Assembly: GCA_002269645.1 (NCBI GenBank) | Contig: NIVC01001774.1 | Location: 124,001-188,000 of the forward strand | Length of the DNA stretch: 64,000 nucleotides | Direction: 5' to 3' | Source of the DNA: Macrostomum lignano | Lineage: Eukaryota | Shown here: positions 1 through 11,743 of the stretch, one piece after another | Numbering within the stretch: the first letter of the stretch is position 1 | Layout of the letters: every line of letters begins with the position of its first letter | Notes under the pieces: model-generated | Database searches by the model: none | What the model was told of the DNA's origin: nothing | What the model saw: the letters and a program-made list of their open reading frames with translations, nothing else | Made by a program: the position numbers and the translations under genes

Positions 1-30
1 TTGCGGTTGCATAGACAACCTTGGGAAGTA

Positions 31-678
31 ATAAGAACTTGAATTATTAGTTAATTAGATATAAGCAACTGTATGATAAGTTAGTTAGAGGTAAGCACCT
101 GGATGATTAGTTAGTTAGAGATAAGCACCTGGATGATTAGTTAGTTAGAGATAAGCACCTGGATGATTGGTTAGTTAGAGGTAAGCACCTGGATGATTAG
201 TTAGTTAGAGATAAGCACCTGGATGATTGGTTAGTTAGAGATAAGCACCTGGATGATTAGTTAGTTAGAGATAAGCACCTGGATGATTAGTTAGTTAGAG
301 GTAAGCACCTGGATGATTATTTAGTTAGAGGTAAGCACCTGGATGATTGGTTAATTAGAGATAAGCACCTGGATGATTAGTTAGTTAGAGATAAGCACCT
401 GGATGATTAGTTAATTAGAGATAAGCACCTGGGTGATTAGTTAATTAGCGATAAGCACCTGGATGATTAGTTAGTTAGAGATAAGCACCTGGATGGTTAG
501 TTAATTAGAGATAAGCACCTGGATGATTAGTTAATTAGAGATAAGCACCTGGATGATTAGTTAATTAGAGATAAGCACCTGGATGATTAGTTAATTAGAG
601 ATAAGCACCTGGATGATTAGTTAATTAGAGATAAGCACCTGGATGATTAGTTAATTAGAGATAAGTACTTGGATAATT
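31..678. repeat. 30-bp tandem minisatellite (ATAAGCACCTGGATGATTAGTTAATTAGAG), about 21 copies
   Basis: Period 30 visible directly; end units degenerate, centre homogeneous; probably intronic to the gene whose last exons follow. Confidence 0.97.
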
Positions 679-783
679 ATAAAATGATAAAATATCTAAG
701 TGATGAATCAATTTTGCGGTAATAGGAAAGAAAACACGGCTAAAATCATAAATCAATCACTCACAATTTGCCAAATATGGCAG

Positions 784-2497
784 GCCTGGGCCTCCGAGTC
801 CAGCGGAATGTCGTACTACGCCACTCGGATGCGCTTCCGATTGCGCGAGTACCCGGCCTCCGCCTGGCCAGTTTTCTACGGCCAGGATAACATACTGGTT
901 GAGCGCAAATTCTATACCAATGTTCGGGCTGAGTACTGCGGACCCCGCACCCCTGCATCCAAGCTGGCCGGCTGTTTGGCCACTCTGGACGGGCACGAGC
1001 TCATTCTGATGCCGCCTAGTGGCCGGCTGGCCGCTCTGCCCGGCATACAGAAACTGCAGAGTCTCGGACAGGGACACATGCTGTCCCCTGTGCGCCTAGG
1101 GCTTGCCGATCACTACCTGTTCTATGGGGCCGATCTGAGGTGTGCGAGTTATTCACTTGACACATCATTTCAACTTATTCATTGTCTCAGATCCTCACTT
1201 CTCACAGATCCCCCTGCACTGCCTCAGATCCTCACTTCTCACAGACCCCCCTGCATTGTCTCAGATCCTCACTTCTCCCAGACCCCCCTGCACTGCCTCA
1301 GATCCCCACTTCTTCCAGATCCCCCTGCAATGTCTCAGATCCTCACTTCTCCCAGATCCCCCTGCATTGTCTCAGATCCTCACTTCTCCCAGATCCCCCT
1401 GCATTGTCTCAGATCCTCACTTCTTCCAGATCCCCCTGCATTGTCTCAGATCCTCACTTCTCCCAGGTCCCCCTGCATTGTCTCAGATCCCCCTGCACTG
1501 TCTCAGATCCTCACTTCTCCCAGATGCCCCTGCATTGTCTCAGATCCCCCTGCACTGTCTCAGATCCTCACTTCTTCCAGATCCCCCTGCATTGTCTCAG
1601 ATCCCCACTTCTTCCAGATCCCCCTGCACTGTCTCAGATCCTCACTTCTCCCAGATCCCCCTGCATTGTCTCAGATCCCCCTGCACTGTCTCAGATCCTC
1701 ACTTCTCCCAGATCCCCCTGCATTGTCTCAGATCCTCACTTCTCCCAGATCCCCCTGCACTGTCTCAGATCCTCACTTCTCCCAGATCCCCCTGCATTGT
1801 CTCAGATCCCCACTTCTTCCAGATCCCCCTGCAATGTCTCAGATCCTCACTTCTCCCAGATCCCCCTGCATTGTCTCAGATCCTCACTTCTCCCAGATCC
1901 CCCTGCACTGCCTCAGATCCTCACTTCTCCCAGATCCCCCTGCACTGCCTCAGATCCTCACTTCTCCCAGATCCCCCTGCACTGCCTCAGATCCTCACTT
2001 CTCCCAGATCCCCCTGCATTGTCTCAGATCCCCACTTCTTCCAGATCCCCCTGCATTGTCTCAGATCCCCACTTCTCCCAGATCCCCCTGCATTGTCTCA
2101 GATCCTCACTTCTCCCAGATCCCCCTGCACTGCCTCAGATCCTCACTTCTCCCAGATCCCCCTGCACTGTCTCAGATCCTCACTTCTCCCAGATCCCCCT
2201 GCACTGTCTCAGATCCTCGCTTCTCCCAGATCCCCCTGCATTGTCTCATTCGAACTTCTTTTCAAAAAACCGAATTTCAGGCGGCTAGGCCGTTCGGATC
2301 GAGGCGAGAAACGCTGCCGAGCCTTCACCCTGATGTCACTTCACGAAGGCCTGGGCGGCGGCGGTGCTGATGTCGGCGGTAGCGGCGGCTTCCTCGGGCA
2401 CACGATCGTGTTCCCAAAGAAGGAAGAGGATCAGTTCAAACCGTTTTTCACCCAGGCCATGCGCATTCTTGACGAGCTGGGCCGCTCGTCTGTGTGA
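784..2497 (+). CDS. Last two coding exons (784-1139, 2281-2497) of an unidentified protein; 5' part outside the window
   Basis: GC-rich non-repetitive open frames on both sides of the array; donor AG|GTGTGC at 1140 and acceptor TTTCAG| at 2280 are both phase 2, giving ...DHYLFYGADLR-RLGRSDRGEKRCRAFTLMSLHEG...LGHTIVFPKKEEDQFKPFF...SSV*; 784 acceptor is weak; family not recognised. Confidence 0.65.
1182..2247. repeat. 37-bp intronic minisatellite (CCCCTGCATTGTCTCAGATCCTCACTTCTCCCAGATC), about 29 copies with shorter variants
   Basis: Direct periodicity; explains ORFs 700..2370, 1142..2497 and 1182..2288. Confidence 0.97.
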
Positions 2498-2607
2498 TAG
2501 TTATGACTGTTCTGTAACCATAGCATGAATGGGATTTGCTTGGGCTTAATCTGCACACATTTATGTTGGTTGTTAGTTAATATTCACCCCATTCCGATTT
2601 TTATGTG

Positions 2608-2907
2608 TTTTTATTAGTGTGCACCCTGGCGCTCTTTAAGCACAAGCGGCGAGAGGCATTACTGCCCATTCCACCGACTCCCCTGGGCGGGCACACACTC
2701 ACACAGGAGTATACAGCGGCCATCTATCGTTAGGCATGTACACTTCACCGCGTCTTGAGGGTTGAGGCCCCTCAAGAGCGTTAATTGCATGAGCAGAGCC
2801 AAGCTGAGATTCCAATTCAGCCCCAAATTAATGTGACTGCACTTGGAATCGAGCCCGGGCCGCTGGCACATGAGAGCGCCGCGCCAGACCACTGCGGCTA
2901 CGGCAAC
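2608..2907 (-). mobile_element. tRNA-derived SINE
   Basis: Minus-strand head GTTGCCGTAGCCGCAGTGGT...GGGCTCGATTCC with A- and B-box-like motifs; body 2690-2775 resembles 24325-24415; A-rich 3' end. Confidence 0.65.
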
Positions 2908-3944
2908 TCTCCGTATTCTATCAGTGGAAAACAATTAAAATTTCAAACTATTCCAGCCAAACGCACTACTAGCCTACTTGCAAGTAGTTAAATGCGCGAG
3001 TTTCAGTTGTTTACCAATAATTATATTTTTGTCAATGCTTCTCTGTCTCGATAAATGATTAATTTTTTGTCTAGATTGATAATTGATGTATTGGACTGCA
3101 TGTATTCATTAAAAATAGGCCATTTTAGCTGTGGCGAAAATTATCCTAATGTAAATATCAGCCCTCGCTGAGTATGTGTGTAAAAATATTTAATCAAAGA
3201 TAATACGTGCCTATACTAATCAGACTCAATCAGTGTGGTGCTTTTTCTACACAAAGCTATACCTTTTTTCTGTGATGACGTTTGTATTAATTATCCTTAT
3301 ATACTGCTAATAGTAATGACTTTTTTTAGTCCAATAGCGTATGTTTTTTTTACAGAATTGCACAATATACTACTGATTACTAATTAAATTAAGTAGAGGA
3401 TTCCAATAAATTAGGCTTCAATATCATCGAAATTTGTGTATTATTTTTTTAGATAAACCAATTAAAGGCTTAGCCAGGTGTTGATACACGTTGAAAATGC
3501 GATTTGATTTCATTTTTTTACCCAGATGGCCTCCAGTTTTATTGGAGATTTTTTTCTTCTGTTTACAAATTGCTTGTGATTAATATGCACGCCACTGTAG
3601 TGCCTAGTGTATCCAAGGCCTTCAATTTGAACTCCGATTTCATAAGCATTATTTTTGTCATTCAAATTCCTCCATTACTGTAATTATTGTTGTACTTTTT
3701 AACAATAACCCATTTGCTGTTTGATGAGCTAATTGTGCCATTGCATGCCCTGCATATGTTGCAGATATTTCATTCTTGTTTTTAATAATGAACTTCTTAT
3801 TAATATAGCGCTTCCAGCACACTTCTCCCAAGTATATTCAAATATACATTTCATATTTAATATTCTTTTATTACAATTGCTTTTCACTATGCACATTATT
3901 TATCTGTGACGTCTCCGCTTGTTAATTGCAATGTTAAGACCGCT

Positions 3945-4970
3945 TCAGTCACCTTCAGTGTCACTCTCACCACCTCATTTCAGTCACTCTCACTACACCT
4001 CATTTCAGTCACTCTCACTACACCTCATTTCAGTCACTCTCACTACACCTCATTTCAGTCACTCTCATTACACCTCATTTCAGTCACTCTCATTACACCT
4101 CATTTCAGTCACTTTTACTACACCTCATTTCAGTCACTCTCACTGCACCTCATTTCAGTCACTCTCACTACACCTCATTTCAGTCACTCTCACTGCACCT
4201 CATTTCAGTCACTTTTACTACACCTCATTTCAGTCACTCTCACTACACCTCATTTCAGTCACTCTCATTACACCTCATTTCAGTCACTTTTACTACACCT
4301 CATTTCAGTCACTCTCACTGCACCTCATTTCAGTCACTCTCACTGCACCTCATTTCAGTCACTCTCACTGCACCTCATTTCAGTCACTTTTACTACACCT
4401 CATTTCAGTCACTCTCACTACACCTCATTTCAGTCACTCTCACTGCACCTCATTTCAGTCACTCTCACTACACCTCATTTCAGTCACTTTTACTACACCT
4501 CATTTCAGTCACTCTCACTGCACCTCATTTCAGTCACTCTCACTTCACCTCATTTCAGTCACTCTCACTGCACCTCATTTCAGTCACTCTCACTGCACCT
4601 CATTTCAGTCACTCTCACTACACCTCATTTCAGTCACTTTTACTACACCTCATTTCAGTCACTCTCACTGCACCTCATTTCAGTCACTCTCACTGCACCT
4701 CATTTCAGTCACTCTCACTGCACCTCATTTCAGTCACTCTCACTGCACCTCATTTCAGTCACTCTCACTACACCTCATTTCAGTCACTTTTACTACACCT
4801 CATTTCAGTCACTCTCACTGCACCTCATTTCAGTCACTCTCACTGCACCTCATTTCAGTCACTCTCACTGCACCTCATTTCAGTCACTCTCACTGCACCT
4901 CATTTCAGTCACTCTCACTACACCTCACTTCAGTCACCCTCAATAACTTCATTTTAGTCACTCTCACTCT
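3945..4970. repeat. 25-bp minisatellite (CACCTCATTTCAGTCACTCTCACTA), about 40 copies
   Basis: Direct periodicity. Confidence 0.97.
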
Positions 4971-5166
4971 CACTGCTTCATTTTTGTCACTCTTCTTCAG
5001 AATCAGAGAATACATCTGACCCTAACAGCTAGCTGAAACGCTAATCCCTACTAGGTGTGAGTAGTAAGTAATTAGCGCTAACATTGCTCTCACTTCTATT
5101 ATTTACTTTCATGTTGCTGCATCAGGTGCCGAGGTGACCAAACACTAATAGCAGAATAGGCTAAAC

Positions 5167-5174
5167 TGACGTCA
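5167..5174. promoter_or_regulatory. Palindromic CRE-like site TGACGTCA upstream of UBL3
   Basis: Exact CRE consensus about 170 bp upstream of the ATG; function not shown. Confidence 0.3.
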
Positions 5175-5340
5175 TCATGCCGCTTCTAAAAAGCTGTCAT
5201 TAAATTCATAATTCTAGCATATAGTTATTGTGCATTGTCATTCAGCATCTCCTGTCATATCAGTTCCAACAAGTTCGCTTGCACTAACAGACGGCATCCG
5301 GCATCCTAAGGAAAAATCTGAACGGTCAGCAAATAAAACC

Positions 5341-7423
5341 ATGGCCACCGTCCCCGCCGCTGTGCCCTCGGACCGGGTGAACCTTCGCCTGCTGTTGGTC
5401 AGCGGCAGCTCGCACTGCTTCTTGTTCAGTCCGGACGACTGCGCCCAGGAGATTACAGACTTTGTCTATAATAACTGGCCTGAAGGTGGGCACTAATGCG
5501 GCCTCGCTCATTTCAGTAATCGCCTTCAGTTGATTCCAGGAATCGCCCCAAATCAGCCCCAAGAATCACCCCAAAGCAGCTCCAAGAATTACCCCAAATC
5601 AGCCCCAAGAATCACCCCAAATCAGCCCCAAGAATCGCCCCAAATCAGCCCCAAGAATCGCCCCAAATCAACCCCAAGAATCGCCCCAAATCAGCCCCAA
5701 GAATCGCCCCAAATCAACCCCAAGAATCGCCCCAAATCAACCCCAAGAATCGCCCCAAATCAGCCCCAAGAATCGCCCCAAATCAGCCCCAAGAATCGCC
5801 CCAAATCAGCCCCAAGAATCACCCCAAAGCAGCTCCAAGAATCACCCCAAATCAGCCCCAAGAATCACCCCAAAGCAGCCCCAAGAATCACCCCAAAGCA
5901 GCTCCAAGAATCACCCCAAATCAGCCCCAAGAATCACCCCAAATCAGCCCCAAGAATCGCCCCAAATCAGCCCCAAGAATCGCCCCAAATCAGCCCCAAG
6001 AATCACCCCAAATGAGCTCCAAGAATCACCCCAAATCAGCCCCAAGAATCACCCCAAATCAGCCCCAAGAATCGCCCCAAATCAGCCCCAAGAATCGCCC
6101 CAAATCAGCCCCAAGAATCACCCCAAATCAGCCCCAAGAATCGCCCAAATCAGCCCCAAGAATCGCCCCAAATCAGCCCCAAGAATCACCCCAAATGAGC
6201 TCCAAGAATCACCCCAAATCAACCCCAAGAATCACCCAAATCAGCCCCAAGAATCACCCCAAATCAACCCCAAGAATCACCCAAATCAACCCCAAGAATC
6301 ACCCAAATCAGCCCCAAGAATCACCCCAAATGAGCTCCAAGAATCACCCCAAATATCGCCCCCCATCAGCCCCAAGAATCACCCCAAATATCGCCCCAAA
6401 TCCGCCCCAAGAATCACCCCAAATCAGCCCCAAATATCGCCCCAAATCCGCCCCAAGAATCACCCCAAATCAGCCCCAAATATCGCCCCAAATCAGCCCC
6501 AAATATCGCCCCAAATCAGCCCCAAATATCGCCCCAAATCAGCCCCAAGAATCACCCCAAAGCAGCCCCTGAGAACCAACCCTTCAATCAGCCCTAATCG
6601 CTCCAACCGCCTCCCGCTCTCTGCAGACTGGTCGCAAGCCGAACGGCCAGCCTCCAACATTCTGCGCCTCATCTATCAGGGCCGGTTTCTGCACCGCAGC
6701 GTTACTCTGGCCGCTCTGCGACTGCCCCCGGGCGGCACCACCGTTATGCATTTAGTTGCCAGGGACTCTGCTCCCGAGCCGCGCGCCGATGGTGAGCGAA
6801 CTGATGATCATTATTTTGTCGCGAATACTGCCCTCGGTTGTCCGCAGCCCTGCCCTCCCAATACCTCAGGAATCGATCCCAGTCCTCAAGTGTCAATTCC
6901 AGTCCTTAGGAATCGATCCCAGTCCTCAGGAATCGATCTCAGTCCTCAGGAATCCATCCCAGTCCTCAGGAATCCATCCCAGTCCTCAGGAATCGATCTC
7001 AGTCCTCAGGAATCCATCCCAGTCCTCAGAAATCCATCCCAGTCCTCAGTAATCGATCCCAGTCCTCAGGAATCAATCCCAGTCCTCAGAAATCCATCCC
7101 AGTCCTCAGGAATCAATCCCAGTCCTCAGTAATCGATCCCAGTCCTCAGTAATCGATCCCAGTCCTCAGTAATCGATCCCAGTCCTCAGAAATCAATCCC
7201 AGTCCTCAGAAATCCATCCCAGTCCTCAGGAATCCATCCCAGTCCTCAGCAATCAATCCCAGTCCTTAGGAATCGATCCCAGTCCTTAGGAATCGATCCC
7301 AGTCCTTAGGAATCGATCCAAGTCCTCAGGTATATCAAACCACTCTTTCGTGCAGACGAGCGTCGCCGCGCTAAAGGAGGAATCTGCTGCTGCTGCTGCA
7401 ACGGCTGCTGCTGTGTACTTTAG
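5341..7423 (+). CDS. UBL3: Ubiquitin-like protein 3 (membrane-anchored ubiquitin fold); exons 5341-5485, 6627-6791, 7356-7423
   Basis: VNLRLLLVSG..FLFSP.D....I...VYNNWP, NILRLIYQGRFLH..VTL.AL.LP.G.TTVMHLVAR and a CAAX end match the UBL3 family; both GT-AG introns are phase 1 and join in frame. Confidence 0.95.
5540..6570. repeat. 23-bp minisatellite (CCCCAAATCAGCCCCAAGAATCR) in UBL3 intron 1, about 45 copies
   Basis: Direct periodicity. Confidence 0.96.
6864..7330. repeat. 20-bp minisatellite (GAATCGATCCCAGTCCTCAG) in UBL3 intron 2, about 23 copies
   Basis: Direct periodicity. Confidence 0.96.
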
Positions 7424-7934
7424 CGCCCCCCCCCCGACTGGCTTGGCGTTTTCGGTCAAGTCGCTCCGTTTTTCTCTCTGAGCTTTCTTTGATCCTTCAC
7501 AGCAATCAACAATAGCCCTTACTTAAAGAAGAGTTAAAATGTAGAAAACCATCCAGTTTGACTGATTTTTCTTAAATTGAATGCGTTTATTGTTTTATTG
7601 GACACTGACAGGCATACCTCCACGTTTTATAGCAATTTTTTCTCTGTATTTCTATTATAAGTTGGTCCGTATGTTATTAACGTTTTATTGTGTTGCAAAT
7701 TTTCTAGTGCATCTGTAAATTTGAATTTTTTGTACACAAACTTTTATTTAGACTCTTGTTGGTATGGACTAGTCTGTGTCGCGTTTTTTGTTTGTTTAAC
7801 TGCATGTTTTCATTTTTTCGAAATTTTCATCGCCTAATTTTTTCGATAACTCGATAACTTTAGGTATTTCTTAATTACTCAAAACGTATTTTTCTCCGTG
7901 TAACGAAAGCACCCACCGCTCAGTTAAAAAATGT

Positions 7935-8572
7935 GATCGAGTGCTCAGTTTGATGATCTGAGAGAGTGCCCAGTTAGATGATCTGATCGAGTGCTCAGTT
8001 AGATGATCTGAGAGAGTGCTCAGTTGATGATCTGTTAGAGTGCTCAGTTAGATGATTTAAGAGAGTGCTCAGTTAGATGATCTAAGAGAGTGCTCAGTTG
8101 ATGATCTGTTAGAGTGCTCAGTTAGATGATCTGAGAGAGTGCTCAGTTAGATGATCTGAGAGAGTGCTCAGTTAGATGATCTGAGAGAGTGCTCAGTTAG
8201 ATGGCCTGAGAGAGTGCTCAGTTAGATGGTCTGAGAGAGTGCTCAGTTAGATGATCTGAGAGAGTGCTCAGTTAGATGGCCTGAGAGAGTGCTCAGTTAG
8301 ATGGCCTGAGAGAGTGCTCAGTTAGATGATCTGAGAGAGTGCTCAGTTAGATGATCTGATAGAGTGCCCAGTTAGATGATTTGATAGAGTGCTCAGTTAG
8401 ATGATCTGAGAGAGTGCTCAGTTAGATGATCTGAGAGAGTGCCCAGTTAGATGATCTGAGAGAGTGCCCAGTTAGATGATCTGAGAGAGTGCCCAGTTAG
8501 ATGATCTGAGAGAGTGCCCAGTTAGATGATCTGAGAGAGTGCCCAGTTAGATGATCCAATTAAGTGCTCAGT
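7935..8572. repeat. 25-bp minisatellite (GAGAGTGCTCAGTTAGATGATCTGA), about 25 copies
   Basis: Direct periodicity; each unit has a CTCAG/CTGAG inverted repeat. Confidence 0.96.
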
Positions 8573-9169
8573 TCGTGGATGCCATGAAGTGCTGATATTG
8601 CTGGATTTCTGTCAAAATTCGATTCTTAAGTTCTTAAACAAAGGAATTCTCGACTAAACTACTTGTAGATGTCAGTAGTAGTATATGGATTCCGCATAAT
8701 TTCTATTTTAGCCGCTTGATAATGTATTTCCCGTCATTGTAAGTTCTTCTCACCCCCTGTTTAATATGTAAAATTTTTGTAAATAACGTCCTGCACATTA
8801 CACTTCCTACTGTAAGTTTTTGTCATGATTGTGAAATATATATTTTTCGATTTTTTCTTTAACAGTGGAACTGCTTGTGTCTAACGCAAATATTTGATTA
8901 TATTCTAGCAATTCTTATCAATGCTTATTATTTAATATTGTGTGTGTCCACTGGAATTGTTTGTACACAGAAGTGAACATTTTAGCAACAAAAAAATATA
9001 AGTATACACATTTATAAGATTTTAGCGGTCACAGAGAGATACAGTCTGATCTATAATTTGCTGGTTATGGGTTTATGTTTATTCATTTATAAAGTTACGA
9101 AAATTTCGTTTTGACGTAATGCTGCGCCGTATCGCTCTTGCGGCAAATTGGCTTTGAGCTTGGTCTACC

Positions 9170-9446
9170 CCCGATTCGCCGATCCCAGCTCGCCGAATCC
9201 TGGTTCGCCGATTCCTGGTTCGCCGAAATTCCTTATTTGCCGAAATTCCTTATTTGCCGAAATTCCTTATTTGCCGAAATTCCTTATTTGCCGAAATTCC
9301 TTATTTGCCGAAATTCCTTATTTGCCGAAATTCCTTATTTGCCGAAATTCCTTATTTGCCGAAATTCCTTATTTGCCGAAATTCCTCTTTTGCCGAATCC
9401 CGATTCGCCGATTCCTGATTTGCCGAAATTCCTGATTTGCCGAATT
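9170..9446. repeat. 17-bp minisatellite (GCCGAAATTCCTTATTT), about 16 copies
   Basis: Direct periodicity with degenerate GCCGAATC flanking units. Confidence 0.95.
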
Positions 9447-9746
9447 CACATATTCGGCCAATTCGTACTACGTCGAATATCTGGTAATGCCTGTGGCCTG
9501 TGCTAGCTAATAGATAGGCCATTCTTTGTTTGAACTTTTAGTACATTTTTGCTTGTTTTCATTTACTCTACTATTTCTTAAGTATTAGTAGAGATAGTAT
9601 TAGTATTTATAGTAAGTCTTTAGTTTAGACTTTAGAAATACTTTAGAAATAGTAGTGTCTAGTAATATTACTATTTAGAAATAGTAGTATTACCGTAGAA
9701 AGTCAATGGCCGCCTGCGTGTACAGTATTGGCGCGCTATGTATATT

Positions 9747-10046
9747 GGGTTGTAGCCTAGTGGTTAGATCGTCGGACTCACGACTGAAAGGTCGGGGGTT
9801 CGATTCTCGATCCTACCGGAACAATTTGTGTCCTTGAGCAAGGCACTTAACTACCCCCAGCTAATGCTGGCACCCATTTTACAGCTGGCGAGAACTGAAG
9901 CAATGCAGAGTTGAGGGTGTGTGGCGACCCTCAGTCCTTGGACTGAACAGCCGGACGCAGCCTTCAGATGCGCCGGTTGGACATCTGGCCCAATTGGGGC
10001 AGGTGTAATCAATTATTATTATTACTAATATTATTATTATTATTAT
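9747..10046 (+). mobile_element. tRNA-derived SINE with CORE-like central domain and (ATT)n tail
   Basis: A-box TAGCCTAGTGG, B-box GGTTCGATTC, then TGTGTCCTTGAGCAAGGCACTTAAC (resembles the CORE-SINE core from recall), ending in ATT repeats. Confidence 0.8.
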
Positions 10047-10405
10047 ATGCTCAGGAGTCGGCGGAATGAGCAGAATTGCCTTGCCGTCAGCGCTGGGTTG
10101 TGGGACGATGCCGCCCAAGGCATTGTAAAGAACTTTTACAAGTCAAATCTGCCATTAATTGAAAATTGATAAGAGCAGGCATACTGCTATGATTTTACTA
10201 AACTAATTAAAAATTTACGACTAAGTTATAGACTCGCCCATTGTGTTATCTGATTGTCAATTCAACTGTCCCTCGCCACGCGCAATCAATGTACATCATA
10301 CTCTCCGCCCAAGCGACCAATTAGCTCACCCACCCCATCTGTCGTCCAATCAAATCAGATTTAATGGTGAGAAATAATGGCTACTCAAAAGTGTGTTAAA
10401 TTGAC

Positions 10406-11056
10406 TACCCTTAAGTGGGTTCCGGGGCATGTGGGGATCCGAGGAAATGAGCTGGCTGACACCCTTGCAAAAGTTGGTGCCTCCGGCTCCTCTCTCGGCC
10501 CCGAACCTCTTGTCCCGATTCCTGGCTGTGTCATCGACTCGCGCATCAAAGCGTGGATCAGGACTCAGCACCGCTCGACTTGGGCGAACCGCACGAACTG
10601 CAGGCAATCCAGAGGCGCTGTCCCTCAGCCCTCTCACCAGCTCCGGAAGCTCCTCTTGCGCCTCTCGCGCAGAGACATCCGGGCTGCCACCATGACCCTC
10701 TCTGGTCACGGCTGCTTCTCCAGGCACCAGTACTTGCAGGGCAACGCCACCAACGCCACCTGTAGTTTCTGCAACTCAGGTGACAAACCGCTGAGCATTT
10801 CGTCAGCATCTGTCCCGCCTTCACGCGGGCCAGACTCACTTACCTCGGGCCACACACATCTATTACTGAAGCGTGCAAACCCGAAAACTTCAATCAGCTC
10901 ATGCGCTACCTTCGGGCCACCCGCAGGGCTGAACTCTCCTTTCCAGAGAGCACTATAGCTGCTGGCGACACTGGGGGACCTCCCTGGGCGGCGCCAACCC
11001 TCCGTCCATAGCGACGCGTCGGCCGTCGGCCCTCCGGGACGGCGCAGCTAAGTCAA
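10406..11056 (+). mobile_element. 5'-truncated non-LTR retrotransposon (I group, RNase H C-terminus plus C-terminal zinc knuckle)
   Basis: KWVPGHVGIRGNELADTLAK (RNase H end), LSGHG...CSFC..[frameshift]TAEHFVSICP; perfect 13-bp TSD GTGTTAAATTGAC at 10393-10405 and 11057-11069. Confidence 0.9.
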
Positions 11057-11743
11057 GTGTTAAATTGACGGTAAAAATTCTATACAATGCACTTGTATGT
11101 TGCATCGTTGAATAATGGCCAGAACCACTCGTGCGGGCTACCATTGCCTCAGGGAGTCAAGAGCGGTGGTGCGAAAGTTTGTTTTTCATGACTGGACACT
11201 TGGCGGGGGGTTGTCGGAATCACAGACTGTTATATCTACATTCGTTCGAATTGGCACCCTGCTATTTACGATATAAATTATATACAGTACGCACATACTG
11301 TATATAATGAGCATCTGCAGAGTTCATGTTAAATTTACACCCCCATTCAACAATAATAGGCCGGAATCAGTGCACCACCTGAGTGACGGGGTGACCCCCT
11401 AAGGTAGCGTATATATAGACTTATCACATCAAATGAGCCACCAAATCACACGAGCCTTAAAGGAATTGTGCAAATTTTTCTCACTGCACTTTTTGCTGCA
11501 ATCAAATTCATTCTGTCAATATTGCGTCATAATTTACCCCTGTAATAAACCCCAAAACCACGTGAGTCTGATCGCTATAAAGAATTCTAATTTATTAGCT
11601 AGAACTGTTGCGTAATCGATTTGACTTTTAATTGTTCAACTGTACAGTTGGTGCCTTATTTAGTGACGCACAATGCTCAGCGGCTATAAAACTCTGGCAG
11701 AGCAGATCGACGCACGGTCTATGCTTTCTCGATCGTCCCAGCT

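Noticed and set aside
9747-9817. tRNA gene candidate
   Set aside because: A- and B-boxes are present but acceptor and T stems do not pair, and it runs into a SINE body and tail; treated as a SINE head. The same applies to the heads at 2.9, 24.5 and 34.4 kb.
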